The notes below the pieces were generated by a model that was given only the letters and a program-made list of their open reading frames with translations, was not told the origin of the DNA and ran no database searches. From Bacteroidales bacterium (GTDB lineage: Bacteria; Bacteroidota; Bacteroidia; Bacteroidales; F082): a DNA stretch of 64,000 nt. The stretch spans positions 925 through 64,924 of the forward strand of contig JAOZOO010000002.1 of NCBI GenBank assembly GCA_029933225.1, in the 5' to 3' direction. Made by a program: the position numbers and the translations under genes. Below are positions 56,484-64,000 of this stretch, piece after piece. The number at the start of each line of letters is the position of its first letter. The stretch's first letter is position 1.

Positions 56484-57098
56484 ATGAAAAGATATTTTTT
56501 GATTTTAATAGCTATAACATTTTCTTTGATTTCCTGTGAGAACAGCAAAGAAAAAACCGTTTCTGCTACCGAAGGAAATGATCCTGCCATTGCTGATGAA
56601 TATGTTGTCGTTAACCTGAAAGATTTTCATTCAAAGGCTGAAGACCTGGTTGGAAAAACAATCATTATTGAAGGAACTGTTGACCATGTTTGTAAACACG
56701 GCGGACAAAAAATGGTCATCGTTAGTAAGGATACCGACAAAAGACTGAAAATATTTACCGGAGAAAATATGGCCGCATTCAATACGGATATTGAAGGTGA
56801 AAATGTTTATGTAATCGGTGTTGTCGAAGAAGAAAGAGTAGATGAGAACTATCTCCGTGAGTGGGAAGGAGAAGTCAAAAGCGGTGGGGAAATTAAAAAA
56901 GAAGAAGATAAGCTGAATACCGGCCAGGGTCACGAAAACAAAGAGATGGAAAATGACAAATCTGCCGAGTTGGAACAGATCAATAACCTCCGGAAAAAAT
57001 TAAAGGAATCGGGCAAAGACCATCTTTCATTTTATTCTTTGGTTTGTCAGGATTACAAAGTAGTTGATGCTGATGAATCCTCCCCTGAAAACGAATAA
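56484..57098 (+). CDS. Lipoprotein (hypothetical)
   Basis: 204 aa with lipobox FSLISC, an N-terminal beta-rich domain and an acidic/lysine-rich C-terminal half. No family recognised. Confidence 0.6.
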   Translation: MKRYFLILIAITFSLISCENSKEKTVSATEGNDPAIADEYVVVNLKDFHSKAEDLVGKTIIIEGTVDHVCKHGGQKMVIVSKDTDKRLKIFTGENMAAFNTDIEGENVYVIGVVEEERVDENYLREWEGEVKSGGEIKKEEDKLNTGQGHENKEMENDKSAELEQINNLRKKLKESGKDHLSFYSLVCQDYKVVDADESSPENE

Positions 57099-57103
57099 TT
57101 TTT

Positions 57104-57658
57104 ATGGCTTTTAAATGGAGAAAATGGAACAGGGCCATTCATCGTGATTTTGGTTACTTGTTTCTCGGCATGACCATTATCTATTCTTTATCCGGAATAG
57201 CCATCAACCATCTGGATGACTGGAATCCGAATTACCGGATCATCCAGAAAGACATTCAGATTGCACCCATGAATGTTCAACCGGATAAAAAGGAAATAAA
57301 AGCTATTTTGGAAAAATACGATGAAGCGGATAATTTTAAGAATTACTATTTCCCGCAGCCGGATATGGTTAAAATTTTCATCGAAGACGGCACGGTAATC
57401 ATCAATTTGAAAACCGGAAAAGGATTGCTTGAAAAAACGGTACGAAGGCCCATTTTAAGGGAAGCCAATTACCTGCATTACAATCCCGTGAAGTACTGGA
57501 CATGGTACTCCGACATTTTTGCCGGTGCTTTAATCATTCTTGGAATTACAGGCATTTTAATTCCCCGCGGCAGTCAGGGTATTTTAAAAAGAGGTGCCTG
57601 GCTTACTTTGCTGGGAATCATCATCCCGATCATTTATTTATTCATTTATTTTTATTGA
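57104..57658 (+). CDS. PepSY-associated TM-helix family membrane protein (probable)
   Basis: 184 aa. The N-terminal W(N)RAIHRDFGYLFLGMTIIYSLSGIAINH resembles the PepSY_TM signature (W.R.lH.w.G), and there are C-terminal TM helices. Confidence 0.6.
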   Translation: MAFKWRKWNRAIHRDFGYLFLGMTIIYSLSGIAINHLDDWNPNYRIIQKDIQIAPMNVQPDKKEIKAILEKYDEADNFKNYYFPQPDMVKIFIEDGTVIINLKTGKGLLEKTVRRPILREANYLHYNPVKYWTWYSDIFAGALIILGITGILIPRGSQGILKRGAWLTLLGIIIPIIYLFIYFY

Positions 57659-57662
57659 TCCG

Positions 57663-57845
57663 ATGGCTGAATACATTGTCATAGCGCTGTTTATATTGTG
57701 GTATTCGTTCTCGCTGGTGGTATCCGAAACACTGGGAAGAAAGAAAAAAATAGGTGTCGAATGGTCCTTTTTCATTTGCATGATTTTCAGCCCGCTAATT
57801 GGGTATTTTATCACCCTTTTCAGTAAAGATTTGCAACCAGAGTGA
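57663..57845 (+). CDS. Small two-TM membrane protein (hypothetical)
   Basis: 60 aa from ATG 57663 (the ORF-track start at 57594 overlaps the preceding gene). Two hydrophobic helices flank GRKKKIG. Confidence 0.4.
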   Translation: MAEYIVIALFILWYSFSLVVSETLGRKKKIGVEWSFFICMIFSPLIGYFITLFSKDLQPE

Positions 57846-57852
57846 TAAAAAT

Positions 57853-58986
57853 TTACTCATCCATAAAAAGCTCCGAAGCAATACCATCGGCAAAAAGTTT
57901 TCCCTTGTCAGTCAGAAAAAACCGGTTTCCTTTTTGATATATATTTTCATCTGCGATAAAAGGAACGATCATTTTATTGAAATAATTATAATATTTTTCT
58001 CCGAATACATTTTGAATATGTTCACTATCACAACCCCAGGTGGTACGCAGTGAAGTCATCACATATTCGTTGTAACGCTGACTTTCGGAAAGCACCTCTT
58101 TCTCGAAAATGATATTTTTGGTTTTTTCCGCCTCAATGTATTGTTTCATGTTGGCAACATTCCACTGTCGCGAGTGACCATTGTAAGAATGAGCTGACGG
58201 TCCGAAACCGATATAATGCCCGCCTAACCAGTAAATGCTGTTGTGTTTTGAATAAAATCCCTCCCGTGCAAAATTGGAGATTTCATAATGAATAAAATCC
58301 TTTTCAGCCGTTTTTTCGAGTAATATTTTAAAATGCTCCACACTTTCGTTTTCGTCTGTTTTTTTCATTTTACCTTTCCCGATTAAAACAGCCAGTGCCG
58401 TTTTTGGTTCCACCGTCAACGCATAAGAAGAAAGATGAGGAATATCGAATGAGAAGAAAGTTTTCAGGTTATCGTTCCATTTTTCATTGGTCAGGCCCGG
58501 GATGCCGTAGATCAGGTCAATGGTCAGGTTATGAAAACCATAATTTTTTGAAAGTTCAATAGCGGTTAAGGATTGTTTTGCAGAGTGAACACGGTTCAGA
58601 TATTTCAGGTCATCATCAAAAAAACTCTGAACACCAATACTTAATCTGTTTACCGGCGTTTCGTTTTTTAAGCTTTTTAAATAATCTGCATCCAGATCGT
58701 CAGGATTGGCTTCCAGTGTGATCTCCACTTCGGCAGAAACATCAAATACCTTTTTAATCTTATTGATGATCGTATTCAATTGGTCAACAGGGGAAAGAGA
58801 AGGCGTACCGCCGCCAAAATAAATCGTGTTAACCCTTTCGTTTTTCAGGTAATCATTCCTTTGATCCACTTCAAACAGCAGCGCTTTCAGGAAAGGTTTC
58901 CTGTATTTTTCAGAAATAACCGAATAAAAATTACAATAGTGGCATCGTTGTTTACAAAAGGGAATATGAATGTAAACGCCTGCCAT
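57853..58986 (-). CDS. hemW: Radical SAM heme chaperone HemW (HemN-like, oxygen-independent coproporphyrinogen oxidase family)
   Basis: 377 aa. IHIPFCKQRCHYCNF radical-SAM motif, GGGTPS and a HemN_C-like tail. Confidence 0.9.
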   Translation of the reverse strand: MAGVYIHIPFCKQRCHYCNFYSVISEKYRKPFLKALLFEVDQRNDYLKNERVNTIYFGGGTPSLSPVDQLNTIINKIKKVFDVSAEVEITLEANPDDLDADYLKSLKNETPVNRLSIGVQSFFDDDLKYLNRVHSAKQSLTAIELSKNYGFHNLTIDLIYGIPGLTNEKWNDNLKTFFSFDIPHLSSYALTVEPKTALAVLIGKGKMKKTDENESVEHFKILLEKTAEKDFIHYEISNFAREGFYSKHNSIYWLGGHYIGFGPSAHSYNGHSRQWNVANMKQYIEAEKTKNIIFEKEVLSESQRYNEYVMTSLRTTWGCDSEHIQNVFGEKYYNYFNKMIVPFIADENIYQKGNRFFLTDKGKLFADGIASELFMDE

Positions 58987-59009
58987 TTGATTGGGGGGTA
59001 TATGTAAAA

Positions 59010-59660
59010 TTAAATCAGATCTTTCAGGCTTTCCCGGTGGTTGGCCAGGCTTTCTTTGATGTCGGTTTCCAGTCCGAATTCTCTGATCAGGTGCTGTGTG
59101 TTTTCATTATTGGGCAGGTAGTTGACGAAAAAGTAAACACTGTCGTAGGTGAAAATAATGTTTCCTTCGCCATCCATCATTTTTACTTCAAAATCGTCTT
59201 GTGGTCCTTTGATATCCCGGTCGGTATATTTTAATAACAATTGCCTGATAATTTCCTCACGATCATTGTTTGTCAGTCCGTTATGCGATGAAATGCGATT
59301 ACAGGCAAACACAAAACGTTTTTCAATAAAATGGTATTGCATCAGGAATTTATAGGATCCGACACGTTCACGATAAAAATAAATTCTATGTTTCGGAATC
59401 TGGTCATCATTCCATAAAACGTAAGCCGGACTGCCCAACTTTGCTTTCAATGCTTTATGTGTTATCTCTTTAAGCGGAATTTCATTGAATAAAAACGATT
59501 TATCGGATTTAAAGACCTCGGTTTTTGGCAGTGGATTCAATGTTAATTTTAGATCGGCTTTGTCTTTGATGACATTTTGCTGAACATAATACCTCGATCC
59601 ATGATCTTTTTTGCTGAAGCTTAATTTTTGTTTTAATCTTCTGAAAAACCTGATTTTCAT
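59010..59660 (-). CDS. Hypothetical protein
   Basis: 216-aa ORF lying 23 nt upstream of hemW on the same strand. No signal peptide or recognisable motif. Confidence 0.6.
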   Translation of the reverse strand: MKIRFFRRLKQKLSFSKKDHGSRYYVQQNVIKDKADLKLTLNPLPKTEVFKSDKSFLFNEIPLKEITHKALKAKLGSPAYVLWNDDQIPKHRIYFYRERVGSYKFLMQYHFIEKRFVFACNRISSHNGLTNNDREEIIRQLLLKYTDRDIKGPQDDFEVKMMDGEGNIIFTYDSVYFFVNYLPNNENTQHLIREFGLETDIKESLANHRESLKDLI

Positions 59661-59734
59661 CTGTGAGTAATTTTATTAGATACTGAAAAGTATAATTTTA
59701 CAATATGCAAAGATGCAAAAATTCATTCAGACAG

Positions 59735-60424
59735 TCAGGTTAAGACAAAATCCACAATGGCATCGCAATGAATTTCAAGGGTGTCAAACAATGGAATGTT
59801 TGTATGTTCCTGTTTAATTAAAAGAGGTATTTCGGTGCAACCCAGTATGATTCCTTCGGCGCCGTTTTTTTTCAGTTTGTTAATGATTTCCAGAAACCGG
59901 TTACGGGATGCCTGTTCTAATTTCAAATAAAACAATTCCTCAAAGATGACAGAATTAATATAATCACGATCCTGTAACTCCGGGACCAGGGTCGTAATCC
60001 CGTGTTCTTTTAATTTCTCTTTATAGAAATCGCTTTCCATAGTAATTTTAGTTCCGAGCAATCCCACTTTTGAAAGCCCTTGTTTCTTAATCTCCAATGC
60101 GGTTGCTGTGCCGATATGGATCAGGGGAACATTGATCTGTTGTTTTAATTTTTCAGCATAACGGTGTATTGTGTTGGCACACAAAGCCAGAGCATCTGCA
60201 CCGGAGTTGGTCAGGTTCAGGGCTATTTTTGACAAGTAGGATAATGCGGTATTGTCGCCATGTTCTTTTTTCAGTCGCTGAAACTCTCCAAAATTTAATG
60301 AATACAGGATACATTCGGCAAATTCCTGTCCGCCAAGGCGCTTGTTGATTTTTTGATTGATAAGCCGGTAATATTCTGCACTGGAAGCCCAGCCTGTTCC
60401 ACCGATAAGGCCAATTGTTTTCAT
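59735..60424 (-). CDS. Aspartate/glutamate racemase family protein (aspartate racemase-like)
   Basis: 229 aa. IGLIGGTGWASS and two catalytic-Cys blocks (ALALCANTIH, IILGCTEIPLL). The start codon overlaps the upstream kinase stop by 1 nt. Confidence 0.85.
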   Translation of the reverse strand: MKTIGLIGGTGWASSAEYYRLINQKINKRLGGQEFAECILYSLNFGEFQRLKKEHGDNTALSYLSKIALNLTNSGADALALCANTIHRYAEKLKQQINVPLIHIGTATALEIKKQGLSKVGLLGTKITMESDFYKEKLKEHGITTLVPELQDRDYINSVIFEELFYLKLEQASRNRFLEIINKLKKNGAEGIILGCTEIPLLIKQEHTNIPLFDTLEIHCDAIVDFVLT

Positions 60425-61935
60425 CAGTTCTTTTTTAAAATGATCCTGAACGTGGTCCCTTTTCCCGGAGCGGAGGACTTGACAAATATTTTCCCTTTAT
60501 GGTAATCACGAATGATCCTTTTGGCCAGGGACAAACCCAATCCCCATCCCCGTGCCTTGCTCGTATAGCCCGGGTTGAAGATCGTCTTTTGTTCGGAATA
60601 GGAGATGCCTTTGCCCGTGTCGCTTATGTCAATTATCACATGCTTTGAGTCTTCATTCATTTCTATCGTGATGACGCCTTCACCCTCCATGGCATCAATG
60701 GCATTTTTGCACAGGTTTTCAATTACCCAGCTAAACAATGCCACATTAACCGGGATAAAAAGCTCTTTATCTTTCGGGATTTTATTTTTGTAAACCACCT
60801 TTTTCGGTGTCCTGGGCTTCAGATATTCCAGCGTGTCATTAATGATCTTAACAAGGTCATTCTGAATCAGTTTTGGCGTGGAACCAATCTTGGAAAAACG
60901 CTCGGTGATCACTTCCAGCCGGTTGATGTCTTTTTGAATTTCATCGGCAACCTGGTCGGCATTTCCCTGGCCCATTTTCAACAATTCCATCCAGGCCATG
61001 ATGGATGATAACGGGGTGCCAATCTGATGGGCTGTTTCTTTGGCCATGCCCGCCCACACCCGGTTTTGCTCGGCATTGCGCATATAGCTGAATAAAAAGT
61101 AGGCGATCATTAAAAATACGGCAATGATAAGTATCTGGGCAATCGGAAAAAATTTGATAATAGTCAGCAAATCGGAATCCTGGTAAAAAATATAAGCTGT
61201 TCCCTGTTCCCCGAAAGACACTTTAATGGGCTGATTTTCACTCTCCATTTCTGCCAGTTTCATTTTTACATAATCCGGGTCAACCATTCGCACATCATTC
61301 AGGTTGCCGTACTGGATCACATTTTGACGCGTACTGTCGGTAATGATGACCGGAACACTGGATGAATTCAGGGCAACTTCGGAAATGAAAGCGGAAATAT
61401 AGTCGTTTAAAACTTCTTTGAGTTCTTTAAAAAATCTTGAATCCTGATAATAGAGATAATTTTGCCTGTTGGGAGCATAAGGAACTTCAATAGGTTCATA
61501 CACAGAGAATTCATTCATCAGGTCACCAACGAGATAAGTTGTTGTATCAGTGGGCAGATCAAGGTTTTTATAGATCAGTATCTTTCCCTGTTCATTCGTT
61601 AAAATAATGGGAATGGATTTGTTGTTGGCAATAACATCGAGGTAAAAGGTGAGGTCTTTGCTGGAATTGGTATTGAGAATTTGTTTATAAACTTCGGCAA
61701 GCAATTCAACACGTTTGTGTTCTTCTTCCTGAAGTTGTCTGAAGAATGATTCGGTATATTTTACCAACCGCGCTTTCCGTTGAACAGCCGCCGCCCATAA
61801 CTCAACATTTTTCCTTTCCTGTTTGGCAAACTGCCTGACCAGATGGTTTGTATAATAGATAGAAGCCCCAATGATGATCAGAGCCAGAATGAACAGAAGA
61901 ATCTTCGACCGCTTTTTCTGTGTGTAAATGTCCAA
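60424..61935 (-). CDS. Sensor histidine kinase (two TM, periplasmic sensor, HisKA-HATPase)
   Basis: 503 aa. H-box AHQIGTPLSSIMAW, N-box ENLCKNAIDA and G-boxes DTGKGI / GWGLGLSLA. Apparent TTG start. No response regulator is adjacent. Confidence 0.85.
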   Translation of the reverse strand: MDIYTQKKRSKILLFILALIIIGASIYYTNHLVRQFAKQERKNVELWAAAVQRKARLVKYTESFFRQLQEEEHKRVELLAEVYKQILNTNSSKDLTFYLDVIANNKSIPIILTNEQGKILIYKNLDLPTDTTTYLVGDLMNEFSVYEPIEVPYAPNRQNYLYYQDSRFFKELKEVLNDYISAFISEVALNSSSVPVIITDSTRQNVIQYGNLNDVRMVDPDYVKMKLAEMESENQPIKVSFGEQGTAYIFYQDSDLLTIIKFFPIAQILIIAVFLMIAYFLFSYMRNAEQNRVWAGMAKETAHQIGTPLSSIMAWMELLKMGQGNADQVADEIQKDINRLEVITERFSKIGSTPKLIQNDLVKIINDTLEYLKPRTPKKVVYKNKIPKDKELFIPVNVALFSWVIENLCKNAIDAMEGEGVITIEMNEDSKHVIIDISDTGKGISYSEQKTIFNPGYTSKARGWGLGLSLAKRIIRDYHKGKIFVKSSAPGKGTTFRIILKKN

Positions 61936-61954
61936 GACAGTAAACTTTAGCGTT

Positions 61955-61962
61955 CAAATGTA
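61955..61962 (-). promoter_or_regulatory. Candidate -7 box (TACATTTG on minus strand)
   Basis: Plus-strand caaatgta, 20 nt upstream of the kinase start at 61935. Confidence 0.4.
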
Positions 61963-62230
61963 ATAACAATTCAGCGAATGAATTATTGCCCGGCAATTAA
62001 TTGGCATTGTAAGGTATTTGTCAAACGTTTCAAAAAATGTATCATTCTCATTTTCTTGTTTGTCCGCAAACGTAATTCATTGAACGAATCCGAACACTGT
62101 TTGTGAAATTACAGAACACTTACGTTTATTGATGCGTTTGCAAATAATTGTTTTTCAAAAAGATTCGTTTTCTGGCACAATTACTGATATCGGTTTTACG
62201 TTTACTTTATTTCCAAAGAACAACAGTTTG

Positions 62231-62968
62231 ATGATCGTATTAAAAAACATACACAAAACTTACCGGATGGGGAAAACCGGTGGCCTTCACGTGTTGAAAG
62301 GAATTGACCTGGAAGTAGAACAGGGAGAATTGGTATCCGTCATGGGTTCTTCGGGTTCTGGAAAATCAACATTACTGAATATTTTGGGAATACTTGATGT
62401 TTATGATGAAGGCGAATACTATCTCGATGGAAAACTGATGGTCGGGCTCAAAGAGCGCAAAGCAGCCTATTACCGGAACAGGATGCTTGGATTTGTATTC
62501 CAGTCATTCAACCTGATCCCTTTCAAGAATGCCATGGAAAATGTGGCTTTACCCCTTTATTATCAAAAGATAAGCCGTAGAAAGAGGAACAAGATCGCCA
62601 TGGAATATCTCGAAAAAATGGGTCTTAAAGAATGGGCGCATCATGTACCCGGAGAGCTTTCGGGAGGACAAAAACAACGGCTGGCCATTGCCCGGTCACT
62701 GATCACCAATCCAAAAGTGATACTTGCGGACGAACCTACAGGCGCACTGGACTCAACCACGTCACAGGAAATTGTGGACCTGCTCAAAGAGATCAACAAA
62801 ACAGGAACCACCATGATCATTGTTACCCATGAACACGATATTGCGGAACAGACCGACAGAATCATCCTCCTGAAAGACGGAATCATTGAAAACGATGCCA
62901 ACGGACATGACGATAAACAAAAAGTGTTCAAGCAACTCGAAGAAAAAGAAATCAAAATCGTATCCTGA
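62231..62968 (+). CDS. ABC transporter ATP-binding protein (MacB/LolD-like)
   Basis: 245 aa from ATG 62231 (MIVLKNIHKTYRMG). Walker A GSSGSGKST, signature LSGGQKQR, Walker B ILADEPT. The ORF-track N-terminal extension (62129) has no support. Confidence 0.93.
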   Translation: MIVLKNIHKTYRMGKTGGLHVLKGIDLEVEQGELVSVMGSSGSGKSTLLNILGILDVYDEGEYYLDGKLMVGLKERKAAYYRNRMLGFVFQSFNLIPFKNAMENVALPLYYQKISRRKRNKIAMEYLEKMGLKEWAHHVPGELSGGQKQRLAIARSLITNPKVILADEPTGALDSTTSQEIVDLLKEINKTGTTMIIVTHEHDIAEQTDRIILLKDGIIENDANGHDDKQKVFKQLEEKEIKIVS

Positions 62969-64000
62969 TGTTTGACATTGATAAATGGCAGGAAATATTA
63001 AGTACGATCAGCAAGAACAAGCTACGTACAGTCCTCACGGGATTCAGCGTCTCGTGGGGTATTTTCATGCTGATCATTTTGCTTGGCTCGGGAGCAGGAC
63101 TTCAGAATGGTGTGGAAAACCAGTTTGCAGATGATGCCACCAACAGCATCTGGGTTTACGGTGGACAGACATCTATGCCATACAAAGGGTACAATGCAGG
63201 ACGTTATATCAATTTTGAAAATGCGGATTACGACCGGACGAAAAGAAATGTAAAACAGGCAGACAACATCAGTGGAAGATTGTATGTCAGTAGTTCAAAT
63301 ACAACCAGTTATAAAAATAATTACGGAACTTACAGCATAAGATCAGTACACCCGGGACACCAATATATTGAAAACACCATCATTACCGAAGGACGCTTCA
63401 TAAACCGGCTTGACATCCAGAAAAGGGAGAAAGTAGCCGTCATAGGCGACCTGGTGAAAAAGGATTTGTTTAAAAACGGAGAAGAACCCATCGGGAAATA
63501 CATCAAGATCGGGAATATTCCCTTCAAGGTCGTTGGTGTTTTTGAGGACAAAGGCGGAGAAGGGGAAATGCGGATCATTTATTTACCCATTACTACGGCT
63601 CAAAGGGTTTTCAACGGCGGGAACAACATTGATCAACTGATGTTTACCATCGGTGATGCATCGCTTGAGGACAGCAAAAAAATACAGGAACAGGTACTGC
63701 TGGATATGGCCAAATATCATCATTTTGATCCCAATGATAAACGCGCGATCAGGGTCAATAATGATCTTGAAGATTACATCAGGGTACAAAACCTTTTCAC
63801 CGGGATACGGGTGTTTATCTGGATCGTGGGCATCGGAACAATCATTGCGGGTATTGTAGGTGTGAGTAACATCATGATGATCGTTGTGAAAGAACGCACC
63901 AAAGAAATAGGCGTACGAAAAGCACTTGGTGCAACACCGCGTTCCATCATCGGACTGATCATGCTTGAGTCGGTGGTGATTACCAGCCTGGCCGGATATG
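62968..64000 (+). CDS. ABC transporter permease, MacB/FtsX-like (3' end beyond window)
   Basis: Own translation from ATG 62968 (TGATG overlap with the ATPase stop): MFDIDKWQEILSTISKNKLRTVLTGFSVSWGIFMLIILLGSG...ERTKEIGVRKALGATPRSII. The frame stays open to the window end. Confidence 0.85.
   Translation, partial: MFDIDKWQEILSTISKNKLRTVLTGFSVSWGIFMLIILLGSGAGLQNGVENQFADDATNSIWVYGGQTSMPYKGYNAGRYINFENADYDRTKRNVKQADNISGRLYVSSSNTTSYKNNYGTYSIRSVHPGHQYIENTIITEGRFINRLDIQKREKVAVIGDLVKKDLFKNGEEPIGKYIKIGNIPFKVVGVFEDKGGEGEMRIIYLPITTAQRVFNGGNNIDQLMFTIGDASLEDSKKIQEQVLLDMAKYHHFDPNDKRAIRVNNDLEDYIRVQNLFTGIRVFIWIVGIGTIIAGIVGVSNIMMIVVKERTKEIGVRKALGATPRSIIGLIMLESVVITSLAGY

Noticed and set aside
1-64000. Looked on both strands for CRISPR arrays, cas genes, restriction-modification, toxin-antitoxin pairs, reverse transcriptase/retron/DGR, transposases and phage structural genes
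   Set aside because: I found no regularly spaced direct repeats with unique spacers and no recognisable motifs of these families. The only mobility gene is the single integrase at 29449-30792.

Overview
This 64-kb chromosomal segment reads as Bacteroidota. Four secreted proteins end in T9SS-type C-terminal sorting domains. Many genes sit 15-50 nt downstream of the phylum-typical TAnnTTTG -7 box. The dut-TPR-DUF4292-LytM and purH-mreBCD neighbourhoods are also typical of the phylum. I call 50 CDS (two truncated by the window edges), tRNA-Cys(GCA), tRNA-Thr(CGT), several intrinsic terminators and a set of -7 boxes. Most genes are housekeeping (lipA/lipB, dut, mnmG, ybeY, gltX, folB, recJ, purH, mreBCD, rpiB, nadA, hemW), interleaved with secreted proteases, three sensor kinases and ABC-transporter parts. 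The only clearly accessory-looking stretch is the ~8 kb between the two tRNA genes (29349-37358), whose 3' ends both face inward. It holds a tyrosine integrase that appears to have lost catalytic Arg I, an orphan secreted protein and a TPR sensor kinase with two paralogous NarL/LuxR regulators. It also holds an ECF-type sigma factor without an anti-sigma partner, a triple IPFDT-repeat protein and a DoxX protein. Its spacers are large, AT-rich and ORF-free, and carry recurring ACCTAY/TACCTGA words and a 16-bp palindrome. I saw no CRISPR array, restriction-modification, toxin-antitoxin, reverse transcriptase or other recognisable defence machinery, so I cannot claim a new system with confidence. 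The best follow-up candidates are: (i) the tRNA-bounded regulatory island; (ii) the DUF4175-like 1127-aa membrane/coiled-coil protein and its 163-aa partner, which are translationally coupled to ybeY-mnmG; and (iii) phased short repeats in several spacers. All calls rest on motifs read by eye and on manual coordinate counting, because no database search was possible.
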